Assembly (NCBI GenBank): GCA_010356995.1
Contig: ML996703.1
Coordinates: 620,001-684,000 of the forward strand
From: Trichodelitschia bisporula
Lineage: Eukaryota
Direction of reading: 5' to 3'
Length of the DNA: 64,000 nt
Of this stretch, positions 48,827 to 61,036 are shown piece by piece. Numbering within the stretch: the stretch's first letter is position 1; every line of letters starts with the position of its first letter. A program made the translations under genes and the position numbers. The notes under the pieces are model-generated. The model ran no database searches. It saw only the letters and a program-made list of their open reading frames with translations, and had not been told where the DNA came from.

Positions 48827-51800
48827 GTCATCAACTGCGGTACACTCTGTTCAGAGCACATTCCCCTGCATATTCCTCTGTGGATAGATCGATTTGAGCT
48901 TGCCGCCTTCATTCCTACGCCTGGCCCAATAGCAACTTCTATTCTTGTGATTCTGGAAGTACGATGAGCGAGCTCTGGTCATGTTTGTACAACCTCGAAG
49001 GTGCCATTTGACATGTTCTCTTTTCTACTCTGCTGGTTTGGGGGGCCTTGGGGCCATAGTGTGGTTTCGGTGTTTCTATTTGGCGCTACTCCTGTCATAC
49101 CTCGTTTGCATGTACTCGTCTCGACTAATACGCTATGATATCCAGACCTCTAGACGAGAGAGGCAGGCGTTTCTGCGGCGACTTTCTCGATTCATTCACA
49201 AGCCTGGCGTTTTTGTTTCATGGGTCAGGGGGGTGGGTCCGGAGGATTGGAGGAGGGCGGAGTTACATTTCTTTACAATTTACCTGTTTCAGCGGGTTGA
49301 AGCATTGTTGCTGGCTGGGAAAAATTGGCGGAGGGGGCATTTGTGGGGAGGACTGTGGGGTCGTAGCATTCAGCAGGTTGCATGTAGGCTGAAATCTTTG
49401 CGCCGACGAGTTACCGGCGGATGTCAACGGTTGGCTAGTGTGACTTTGTGCCTGGTGAAGGGTTGTTGTCAGCTCTCGTGACAAGCATCGTGGCTTTGGG
49501 TTTGTAAAGGCCCCCCTCGACTGTCAAGTCTTTGTGCCTGGGCAAAGGCTTTCCCTCAGCTGCCATGACCCAACTCTCTGCCCTCGAATCCACCTGATTA
49601 GCGCATCCCGTACATGGCTCAGCTCCACCTAACGCTAACAATGACATCGGCACACAAAGCACTCGGGTACATCTTGACACGCCTGAACTCAATGCGCGCA
49701 GGAGTCACGCGAACTGAAGCATTGGACGCTAACACAGCTTAGGCATTTCCTGCATCGCTAAATTTATTCTTACGGTACACCGGCAAGACCGGCCGGTCAT
49801 CGGCCGGCCGAGCCTTCGTCACCGGTCTCGAGCTCTGGGCAGCGAGAAAAGTCGAGGTCGGCCCGGCCGATGTGGCGTTGCGGCGCAGTCACGCTTCCAA
49901 GACGGACGAACATACGATAGTGAAAGCTGCGAGACTTTTGACTTTGACCTTTGGAGTACGCGGAGAGTTGCGATTTGTGGAAGGTAATGCCGGTTTCTTC
50001 TGGAACGGAAACTAGCTTTTCTAGGTGGATCTGAGCGTGGGGTTGTTGGGAGGGGAGGCTGGTGTTAGGCGGTTGGCTATTAGCGGTGGGAGTCAGCCTT
50101 GTCGTCTGCGGACCTGGGTTGGGATGCCGCTGCTCCCCGGATCGGGACGCCACGCTTATCGCTTATGGATGCAGTGACGTCGATGCTGGCTTTAGCTTTG
50201 GCTTCGAGAAGGTAGGGTTTGACGAGTGGGGTCGAAGAAGGCTAAGGGGTGTGCTATGTGTGCTACGCTATGGGCGGGGAGGGGGTGTATGCTGCGATAA
50301 GGGAGTGGATAGGATTCGGAAATCGACGATGCTGTGAACTCTGCAGGATGGAGGGGGATCAGACCAGACCCAGCACGCATATCCGCCCCTTCCTTCCCGT
50401 CCTTTCAGGTTCCCAAGCAGCGGCACCGGGTCGGGGGAGGAGCTGCGCTGGGAAGGCCGCCGACCCGACGTCGCACCGGCCCGGGAAGGTGCCTAAACGG
50501 GTACACCCAGGGTTCCGAGCTTGCGGGAGTTGGATCCCGAAGGCGATCGCATCCAGCGGAAGCATATTCGCTCGCAGTAACGGGTGCACGGCACCGGCGA
50601 TGACCCTAACCGTCGAGCGCCCGCTCGCGCGCCAGAATCAGAGAGCCAGCGAATGCCCCCGACAGACTCCGAAACCGGGCCTCCTGAGCCGGCAACTGCA
50701 GAACATGGTGACATACCGGCGCATATTCGGGGCGCACATCACATCCCCAATCTCTCACACAACAGACCAGCAGCCAGAAGCCGGGATTGCGCTTCCACTG
50801 TTCGCAGGATTTATGGCAAGGCGACGATCGACAGCGTAGGAGCTCAGGTTACACAGCATGCCACGCGCAAGGCCCCCTGACGCCGGGGATAAATGAGCAC
50901 CTCACGGCCCAGGCAAAGCGATCGACATCAGTGCGGTCAGCAGTGCCGGGTTCTCTGGCGCGCTTTCCCACCGGGGTGTCTTAGGGGGAGGCCTGGATGG
51001 GACGGGGGAGAAGAGAGATAGTAGTATGCTCTCCGTGGAGAGTGCATTTACGTATATACATGAAGGCAGTGCGTTTTGCTCCTAGGCGCATGGCTTCAGC
51101 ACTATACCTACGTTTTTGTGGGTTGAATCCGCAGACCTGGGCTACGAAGCGGTGGGGTGGCGAACGCTACTGTATATACGACTATCCGCGCGTTTCACGC
51201 GAGTCGCGGAACGCGCTGCAATATCGAAGTACCCGGGGCTGGGCTCGCCGTTTCATGCGAGCGGAGGCAGCGGCCGGGAGGACCCGAAATATAGTTTTTG
51301 GGGAGGGCGGGGAGGGAGATGGAGGAGTGCGCGAATCCAAATCCGTGTCGCGATGCCGTGGCCGAGGCTCATGTGAGGGCTGGGCTGGGCAACGAACGGT
51401 TGGCTTTTGCGGGGACCGGGTCGGAGAGGGGTGGGAGTACAGTACCTGCCTAAAGGTTGCAGCGACGGTTGATTTAGAGGCTTGGAGCTGTGGTGGAAGA
51501 CGGCGCATGTGAATGTGCGACAATGCGGTGCGACGGATGCTGCATCGGCGCGCCTTCTGGAAGCGGAGGATGGTCGGGAGTGGCATCCTGGTAAGCATGG
51601 CAACAGGAACGCGTGTTTGGAGAGAGCTTAATAGGATCGTGGGATCATAAGAGGGCATGTAGAGGACGTGGAGGCTATGCATTGAACATTTGGAAATGAG
51701 GATTCGTGATGCACCATCGCCGACGTTGCATGCCCGCGTGGCACCCACGACATCCCGCGGCGGCGGGACATTGTGCGGTTGGCAGATCGACGGCAACCCG

Positions 51801-54403
51801 AGCGAGGGCATGGGTCGGCATGGTCCGGGATGGCTGGATACGGGGATCAAATTCCTTTCGAGGGCCGAGAGGAGAAGGTTGGCGGGGCCGCCTTTTCGTA
51901 TCATTTAATGACGTGCAGGGCTGCCTCACAGAACGTCAGAGGGGTGAAGGGTTAGGAGAGGGGAAAAAGACATGGGGAAGAAAGGGGGCTGACGGCGCCA
52001 AACAGCCTTCCGATCTTGGGCATCTTGGACAGATTTTAGCTTTCCCGGACTGCTTGAACGCTTTCCTTCGAATGACGAGAGAGTGGAGTGCCGAGGTTTC
52101 ATCGGCTTGCGCACGACATGGCTGGGTGGTGGCAGATTGCATTCGATATTCTGCGAGCGCCCACGGCTCACGAACCATGGCGATAGAAGCTGAAGAGACG
52201 CATGGCTTTTCAACGTCTAGACTGAAGGTGAGCAAGTGCGACGGTGAGGCAACGTCGTTCCGCCATCTGCCTGGACAATGGAGAAGTGGGCAGGAAACAC
52301 GAAGGAGTAAAAAGGAAAAAGGAGGGAATTGCAGATAGACGTCTCCGGTCAAGTCGCGTGCTTTGACCTGTTGTTGCACTCGTCACTGTCAGCACGCCCG
52401 CGACGTGAGCGGCGACCAATGCGCTTGTGCAGCACGTCGAGATGCGGTTGCGGCTTCGTCACTGGCCCATCTGCCGCGACTAGACCCGCCACCGGCGCAT
52501 GGCGACATGAGCCTCTCCCAATTGCCGGGCGTGACAGCGTTTTGCCCACGAGTTCGCCCACGCCGCGAGTTCCACGCGGGTTCCAATGGGAGAGCAGCAA
52601 GGGCGCGGAGACTTTGTGCGCCTCTTCAGTTGTGGACTCGGAGCACATCACGGGTACGGGAGTCTGGAGGTTGAGGCGCACGGCGGAGGTCGCCGTCGAG
52701 CGGTCAACGGTCAACGACTGGATGGCAGTGCTGATTGCGGAGAGCTGTCAACATTCAACATTCAATAATCGGAGCCGTGAGAGGCGAAGCAGCTGGTCTC
52801 TGTTGCTCCATCTGTTCTTGACTCTCTCTCACTAGCTTTTCTCGCTTCCATCTCGGCTTTCCAATGGTGAGGATCAGGCACCGTGCGACCATCTCGTAAT
52901 CCGTAATCCGCCTAGGATGCAGTGATGTGCGCCGACTCAAATGCTTCATTGCAACGCAAGGCAACCAAGGCACTAAGCTGACTCTTTTCCTCTATACACA
53001 AAGTACTTTCATCTACAGTAGTTTACAAGTCATGGAGTAGAGGTCGAGTAGAGGCTGCGTACTTTCCACCCATTGCGCCAGCATCGCTCTACCCCGGTGA
53101 TACATGGGCGATACCATCGGGGCGCATTCCTTTTAGCGGCCCTCCCCGCTGCGGCCCCACAAATTCGTGTAGGGGACACCCTCAACTGCTACTGTATGTA
53201 CCGGCTGTGTACCGTACGAAGTGTCTCATGGAGGGTACCCCCCTATTACAATGGGCGGGTCTAGGCAGTAGAGCCAGTCAGAGAGTCACTGAAGACGTTA
53301 AGGTTAACCAGAGGAGCCACTGGAAGAAGCCACTGAAGGCAGAGAGAGAGAGCGCCTGAAGCCGCCCCACTTCTCTTCCCCCAGTGATCCACTCTCCACC
53401 CCTCTCACCCCTCCTCTCCCTTGCCCCTGCCCCATGCCCCACCCAACCCCCGGCCGCAAGTCGCCGACCGAGCCCCAAAAGGCGCACCTCAAAGCCTTGC
53501 AAGCCACCAGCCTTCCCGTACAGCCTCTCATCCACCACCCCCCACCGTGATCTCATCTGCCGTCCTATGGGACAACATCAGACTCCCTTACTCTCACTCC
53601 CGATCTACTCTTCCTCCCTCTATCCCGCAGCGTAGTACTGTTCGAAAAGCCTCTACCACACCATGACCTATTACCCCCAAATCAGCCCTAGGGTTCCCCT
53701 GCTCTGCCCACGGATATTCTTGCTTCCAGCCAAAATGGCCTCCGTCGTCTCACCCAAAAACTCACCCCTCCCCCATATTCTACCCACCCCCAGACTTCAA
53801 TATACTCTTTTAATATCATCCCCTCCCTCAATCCTCTTCCCCCAAGAAAAGCGTGACCCCGTGAGAGCAAGCGGGGTTTCCCCATGGGTCAAAGCACAAT
53901 ACCGAGAACCTAACCTACTTTAACACGCCTGTTTAATCTACTCTGCGTTCGGTCTCCGCCTGATCGAAGGTCGAGCCTCTCTCTTGCACATAGTATCTAT
54001 TGTCCCGCGGCTCACCCTCTCTGTCCTTTCCTCTCCCCCGGCCCGCTGCCCTTCTCCCCTCATCCCGTCGAACATCATCGTCAATTGATCGTCTTGACGT
54101 CTCCCGTTCTCGACGTCTTCGCCCCCATTGTCACTGGAACATACTGTCATCTTGTCACGGCTGCTCCTACCACTTCCAGAACAGTCCCCGTTTCAAGCCT
54201 CTTCAAACGGACTGTTGCCTCCCGGAACGCCCGCTGCCGGTTTCTTCACGTCCTCTTGTCCCAACTGGGAAGCACACCGCCGGGACTGTCATCACAACCC
54301 CACACACTCCAAACACTTCACTCAGGGTCAGCACGCGCCCATATGTAGAGACGGCGAGAAGCATTGAGCCCAACGCCGCACCGCCGCGACCGGGCTGATC
54401 ATC

Positions 54404-56272
54404 ATGACAACCGACGTCTCAACCTTGCAGGGCGGTTGTCCCGCGCCCTTCCTCGATGCCTCGCTATTTCCTAAGAGCTCTGGCAGTAAGCTCGCCTTGA
54501 ATCCCGGTGCACTGTGGACATTGCCGCTGACGCCGTCTAGATATCGCTGGCAGGCTATGTGCGCCGGTAGAACAGCTTCCGGGAAAACCAGTGTGCTGCA
54601 TACCATGCCCGGCGACGGAGTGGGTCTTTCCACCGCGTGAGTTTGCCCCACTGCTCCCTTCAGATAGCAACTGACGGCGCAAAGGCTTCCAGACATGGTA
54701 CCGGATATCGGAATCCCTAAGCGCAATTGGCCTCGTCATGTGCATTTTCCTCCTCCTCTCATGGACCTTCCTCCCAGTCGAGAAGACACGTCGACACTAC
54801 CTCAGCATATGCCTTGTGATAGGCATCATCCTCGAAGCAGTAAGTCGGCGATGGATTGTGTCACGCGACACGATTGTACGTTGTTGCTAATGCCACTAGC
54901 TCGCATTTGTGGTACCACTGGGAGTAAAGCCTCAGCAGTGTTACGACGCCATAACCCCAAATGATATGTACTCAAACCTCACTTGTGCCTTCTCCGGCGC
55001 TTTCATCGTCGGTGGCGGATTGACTGTCACCGTGTGGAGTATGGCGCCACTTGTGCGACTTAGGGTTCGTGGCTGACTCTGGACAGTTTTCATCCGCGCT
55101 CTTTCCATGCATCTTCAGATCTGCTGGGATATCGTCCCCGGCAAGAAGTACTTCTACGTCTCTCAAGTCCTCGGCTGGGGAATCGCAGCCATTCTCTTCA
55201 CTGTCACCATGACCATCACAGGCGTGTCGTTCCGCTTCGGCGACGCCTGCCACGTCAATTCTCACAACTCCATGGCCGACTTTTGGGGACCCTTGCTCGG
55301 GATCTCCACTGGTGCGGGCGTGGTCCAGATCATGACGTGAGTAGCGCAACCTTCGACTACTACAAGTGCCAGACACTCACGTGCTCCAGTTTCATGTACT
55401 GTATCAAAGTCTACCTCCGCAACATGTGGAGCGACCAGCGCACCGACACAGGCAACAGCTCCGGCCTGCCCTCGTACAACTCCAGCATGCACGTGCAATC
55501 CGCACGCGCCGTCTACCAACGCGTAACCAAAGTCCTCTGGCTACAATGGCGCAGTATAACCATCGTCATCTTCCTGCTCGTCGACGTCATCTTCCTCGCC
55601 ATCGTCTGGGTGCAACTCGACAACGCCGTCGACCGCGCGGCGGACGGCAAGCTCGAGCGCTTCATGCCCTTCCTCCTCTGCCTCTTCACCAGCCAGGGCG
55701 ACAAGGAGAAGTGCTACAAAGCGGGACAAGAAGCGCTCGTCAACGAGAGCACCGCCATCGCAATGTTGATGCTCCTCTCACTCACGGGGGTCCAGACGGG
55801 GCTCATGATGTCCCGCACATCAATGTTCGTAGCGTGGTACGACCTCTTCCGCCGTAAAGTGACCCGCAAGCGCGAATTCGTCTCCCTCGACGCCAAGCGC
55901 TTCAGCAACGACGCTCGCGCCTTCGAACTCCGCAAGGTGACCTCGCCCTCGGCTATGCGCTCCCCGGCCACCGCCGACGACGCCGAGCGGAAGGGTCCCG
56001 CCTCCCCGCCCGGGTATTATCCCGGCCCCGGTGGCGCGCCGCTGGGTGATGCCGAGCGCGCGTATCGCAAGCCGACGATGAGTTTCTCGGGCCCGAGGCC
56101 GCCGAGCCGTACGGGACCTGGGGGACGGGAGTGGAATCCTGAGGAGACGTTTGCGAGGGGAGGGCTTGGGCTTAATCCGCCCGAGAGTCCGGTTAGGGAT
56201 AGCTTTGGCAGTGTGGGGGAGAAGGCTAGTCGGACGTATACGGGGGGGAGTGGAAGTGTACGCAAGGGATGA
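54404..56272 (+). CDS. gprM: GprM/MG00532-like fungal 7TM G-protein-coupled receptor, 6 exons
   Basis: Manual splicing of five GT-AG introns gives the Cys-rich N-terminus GCPAPFLDASLFP...GRLC...CCIPCPATEWVFP. It continues SWTFLPVEKTRRHYLSICL, QCYDAITPNDMYSNLTCAFSG, RALSMHLQICW, GVSFRFGDACHVN and VLWLQWRSI, with seven hydrophobic segments. Confidence 0.88.
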
Positions 56273-57297
56273 GGACGATTTGTTTGATATCGTGGGATTC
56301 GCGACGGATGAACGGCGTGGGGGATTTCTGGCTTGTAGCGCGGCGTTTGGGCGTTGCCTCTGTGATCTATGTGGTGGATATCCGGGATGGAATGGTGTGC
56401 ATGGAGGCCGCAGCGCCGACTCACCTTTGAGTGGGGCGCGTGTACATACCGACCTCTTCTCCTCCCCAAAGAAGTGGAGGAGAGCGGTAATTTTCTTCGT
56501 CTTAGCTCTTTCGCCCTCCATGGGGCCTGTACCGAGTCCAAAAAACGGCATCATTGTGCCAAATACCAGATTCACCGTTTGCCCAAGCAAGCCAACGCTC
56601 ATATCATCCACGCAGGCACTGTGACCACGAACTACCGATTACGCACACGACTACCGATCTCCACTCCCGCAATCCCCCGGCCCAGCCGCATACAACCCTC
56701 AGGGTAGCGCGCGGGCCGGGGCCCGGTGTATATAGCACGACACCCTCCCGCCCCCCCGGGATGGTCAATATCCAACAACAAGGGCCGAGAAACGCTCGGG
56801 ATGCGCGCCGCAATGAGGGTTCGTCTTGTTCCTCGGTTTGCGGCGGAGCCGGGGCGCACATGACTTTGGTGTGGTGTGGTGTGGTGACGCAACCTCTTGC
56901 ATATTGAATGTTGGAGGAGGTTGGTGAGTATAAAAGGCGATTGTTAGGAGGGAAGGTGCCGTCCGCTATCGTGGGGTCCTAAAGTGAAAGCCGGGGGGGG
57001 CCTTGAGCGTCCTATCCAGGTTTAGGACGGTGATCCTGCTTGTCTATTGTTCTGAAGTCGCCCAAGCCTCACACACCCTTCACGATGCCAGAATGAAGTC
57101 AGTGGTACGTATTGTGCGAGTCGCTAAGAAGTGGGTATAGTAAAGCCATACAATGAAATGATCAACGATGCAACCATATCGCCGCCGTCCAGCACTTTTT
57201 CCCCCAAATGCGATGGGCCTCCATGACTAAAGCGACCAAAACCCCAGCAGATAAAGCAGAAAATCAAACACCAAGAATGCCCATCAGCCAAAAAAAT

Positions 57298-60200
57298 TCA
57301 GCGATAATCCCTCCCGTAAGCATACCCACCCCCATCCAAAGAAACCTTCCAGACCTCCCACCCTCCTCCTGGTGGAGGCGGATGTCCCCCGGCGGGGACC
57401 GGTGGCGGCCCAAACATCTCCACCGGCTGGCCCTGCTCATCATAAAACCTTCCCACCTCCCTCGGACCATAGGCAACCGTCTCCTCCCTGGCGGGGTAGT
57501 AGTACTGTACCAACGCGCCCTGCGGCGGGGGAGGCAACGGTGGAGGTGGGGCTCGCGCAAAATGTCGGTCCGGTGACACAGTGGTCGGAGGCTCGCGATC
57601 ACGGTACTCGACGCGCGGGCGGGGCGGACTACGCGACCGCGACCGGTAGTGCCGTTCTACGCGCGCGCGCTGATGATACTCGCCGTGCAGGGTGGAGTCG
57701 AGGCTGGTGACACGCCGAGGAGAGTCGTAGCGGGAGTGACGCGCTTGGCGTTGGGGACGGTGACGCGGCAGGGGGGAGATGGTCGGGCGGTGGTGGTCGA
57801 GCGCGTGGTAGTCTTGCACAGGGTAGTCGGGCGCGTGTAGTATGGTATTTAGGCTTGCTGACGCGGCAGGGGCGGGTTGTGCGGAGTGCATGTGGAGACG
57901 GTTGAACTCGTGGTGGGAGAAGACGGAACGGAGGGGCCGCGGATCGCTGTGCGGGAAGGGAGAGTGCGAGGTGCGCTCAGGCGGGTCGTGTCGCGCATAG
58001 CGCGAGAGGTAGTGCCGCTCGGAGGCAGAGTTTACGTGCGAATTGAGCGCTTGACGAGCGAGGGGCGGCTCATGATACCCTCTGCTCGGGGTTGAGGCGG
58101 TGGATGTGGCGCCGCTGCGAGGCTGGGGAGCGTGATAGAGGTGCGGGAAGGCGGACTTGTAGAGCTGCAACGTTTCTGAAGTCATGGCCTTCGGCTCAAT
58201 GGACTCCTGGATCTTGTCGTCTCGCGGAAGAAGAATCATGTTATTGAGCCACTCCGGCTCCAGACCAGAGACGACGGGCCGCGAGGGGTCACTATGGCAG
58301 GCCTTGAAATGGACCAGCAGATTCTGGAGGCTGTACGAGCAAGACTTGCGGCTCATCTCGTTTGAACAGACCTTGCAGACGAGTTCGTCAAAATGATGCG
58401 CGGACAAGAGCCTAGCATCATTAGTCAATGTTGCTGCTGCAAGATCCAAGCTGGGTCCGGCTCTGAAAGTGTCCACGAATCTGGAAATGGCATGCCGGAG
58501 GCTAGCATACACCCGGACCGGTTTGGGTACCTTGGGAGTTAAGGCCGTTTTGTTGAACGCCGCGTGCAGGGCCTCTGCAAATACATTCATCTGTTGCTTG
58601 TAGGCTTCAAAGTCCGAGGCATCGGTGAGCTGGTGTTGATACACCGAGTGCATGGGACTTGCAAATCCGCTACCCGGGTGGGTTTGTATGTCCTCCATGT
58701 GGCTCATCCGGGAGTCTATGGCCTCAAACGGAAGGTCCTGGGGCCATTGTGCGGTTTCCCAGTCCACGGATTTGTTGCCAATGCTGAAATCGCTCGTGTG
58801 CTTAGAGGCCACATGTTGAAGCATGGCAATCAGAGAGTTTTCCTTGTCACAGCCAGGAGTGGCGCATTTGAACCTAGGGGTAAGCGGCATGGTAAGCCGG
58901 TTGATAACCTTTTCGTGCAACCACTTCATGTCCTTGAGAACGAGTGGCCCGTCCTGGGAAGCACGCCTACTACGGAACGCGTCGTACGCACGAACGAAGA
59001 CCTTGACGGCAAACATGGACATCTCGTCCACTGTTGGCTTCCGGCAGTCGTCTATCCAGGGCCGTGAAACCTGATCGGCAGTTTCTCTGAGCAAGTTAAG
59101 AACATGCGTGCGTGAGCGCTCCCAATTCTTCTTATTGCGCTCCTTGGAGGGCTGTGAGAGCACCTTGTCATCGTGGCGCGGATCTGACGGATACTCGTCG
59201 ATCTGCATCCGAGATTGCTGGGCGTCGTTTACTTGGTACGGTGTCGGTGTCTGCGCAGGCGGGTTCAGATGCGAAGGCTGTCCACGTTTGCTATCCGCAC
59301 TGGCAAGCTGTTCGGCCTCCGGCCGTTGCTGGATCAATCGCTTCTCGAGCGATGCCCATTCGGTGTCGTCCAACGGCCGAGCGATGAGTCGTGCTGCCTT
59401 GAACGAAGGCATGTACTCTAGTAAGTCGGATGGTATTGGTGGATGCAACTGCGCCGCTCGCTGTCTGATCTGCTCCGTACGTTGGGCTTTCATACGCTCC
59501 GCATCTTCGAAACTCAAGTTTGGCCCTGGAAAAAAGTTAGCCTTGACAGTAGAGATATGAAATTGGCATACTGAATGCCATTGTGTCTGGAACAAGTCAG
59601 CATGAGACGCCCTCCGGGCTGCAGCGAACCAAAAGCTCTAACAGGGAGATATCTGGGAGAGCTTTTCAAGAAAAAGCTGAACTTTGGAACACATTGAAGC
59701 AATTTGAGAAAAAGAAAAGACAACTTTCCAAGGATGACCGCATACGGGCCGCTATATCGGTCTCCAAGGAGGCTTGCTACGCCAACATTTGACTTCGACA
59801 GAGACGCAATAACAACGAGCACACTTACTTGGCGGGGTGTACGACGGAGTGAATGCCATTTGGGGGATCCGCTGGCCAAATGCCATGGGCCTAGGGATGA
59901 CAGCTGGGCTCAGCTCGAGAAGGCGCGGTGGCGATGGCCGAGTGAACAGTTTCTTCAGGCCACCCTTGCGCTCCCAGCGCTCCCAGGCTTCAGCTTCACG
60001 GAGCCGCTTGCAAGCGCCATCTTCAAGGCCGTGTAGCCACTCTTCCGCGGCTCCCGAGCCATATGACTTGGACCTTGTCAAAGTCTCATTATGCAGATTG
60101 TCTACCGTTTGTAGGCTGTAGCACTTCAGCACACGCGCCGACGGAGCGGACTTGACGAGGTCCAATTGCAGCTCCGGGACAAATTGAAAGTCCTCAGTGA

Positions 60201-61036
60201 CATGGGCATATGGTAAACATGGTAAGATGTACGACCGCTTCTGAAGAACGATGTCGGACTCCTGAAGGCATCGCAAGAGAATCAGTTGGAAGTGCATTAT
60301 GTTGTGCAAAGCAACCACAAACCGTTATGGTGAATCTCCGGAGGCAATCGCTGCAGCATCGGAACGACAAAGGCCAGATGATGCGCAGGTTGCGGGCTCC
60401 TAATCCGGGGCTCCATGAGGATGTTCCGCCAGCAGGGTCCTGGGTCTGGGGCATTTGAGAACAGAACTGGCAGCGCCTTCCACCAAGGAGTTTCCACATG
60501 GCTAGTTCGGAGATTCCGTCCAGCGGTCCCGGCATCCCGGGATGATGGCGCTCTCGGGAGAGAGCCCATATCTTTTCCGGAGTCCTGGGAAATTCATGTG
60601 GAGATTCGGCCTCGGAATGGGGCTCCGTCTGGATGTCGGTGATGTAGCTCCTGAATGTCTTGTTAACCCGCAAGATGCGCCCGAGGTCCGAGGGGGCCAG
60701 ATGTGTAAATACAAGCTGCCAGACGCGTGGAGGCAATCTGGCACACGCATTTAGCGTAGCATTCGCATGACCCGCAGGACTAGGATCCGACGAGCCACGG
60801 TACGGGCTTGGAAAGGAAAAATGGCCAGGCGATCTTCCGGGGACACCAGCGCGAAATCCGTTGGAACTTGAGGCCATCACGCAAGGTCCTCCGGGGGAAT
60901 AGTCCATGGATCCTCCGATCCTCCTGTAGGCGAAGCCGCCGCCGCCGCTCCATGAACCCACCGTTGTATCCGACAATCCGCCGGAGACGGAATGCCGTGT
61001 GTATGTGTCGCTAGGCGTGGCGGAGAGGGAGTCCAT
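57298..61036 (-). CDS. F-box domain protein with Cys/His motifs (DUF7892-like C-terminal region), multi-exon
   Basis: F-box ARLPPRVWQLVFTHLAPSDLGRILRVNKTFRSYI, then RRCQFC...RIIWPLSFRCCSDC, AAEEWLHGLE...AEAWERWE and later CATPGC...LQHVASKH and LVCKVC...LLVHFKACH...WLNNMILLP. ORFs 60194-61036, 59752-60318 and 57298-59595 are separated by intron-like gaps; exact junctions not all resolved. Confidence 0.82.

Noticed and set aside
50404..50420. CAGG...AGCAG resembling SRP RNA helix 8
   Set aside because: It lacks the intervening stem with a GNRA tetraloop.
51948..51956. AGGGTTAGG (minus-strand template-like 9-mer); also GGTTAGGG at 56191
   Set aside because: The first sits in a purine-rich patch with no adjacent boundary helix seen, and the second is inside the gprM CDS. 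Both are consistent with chance.
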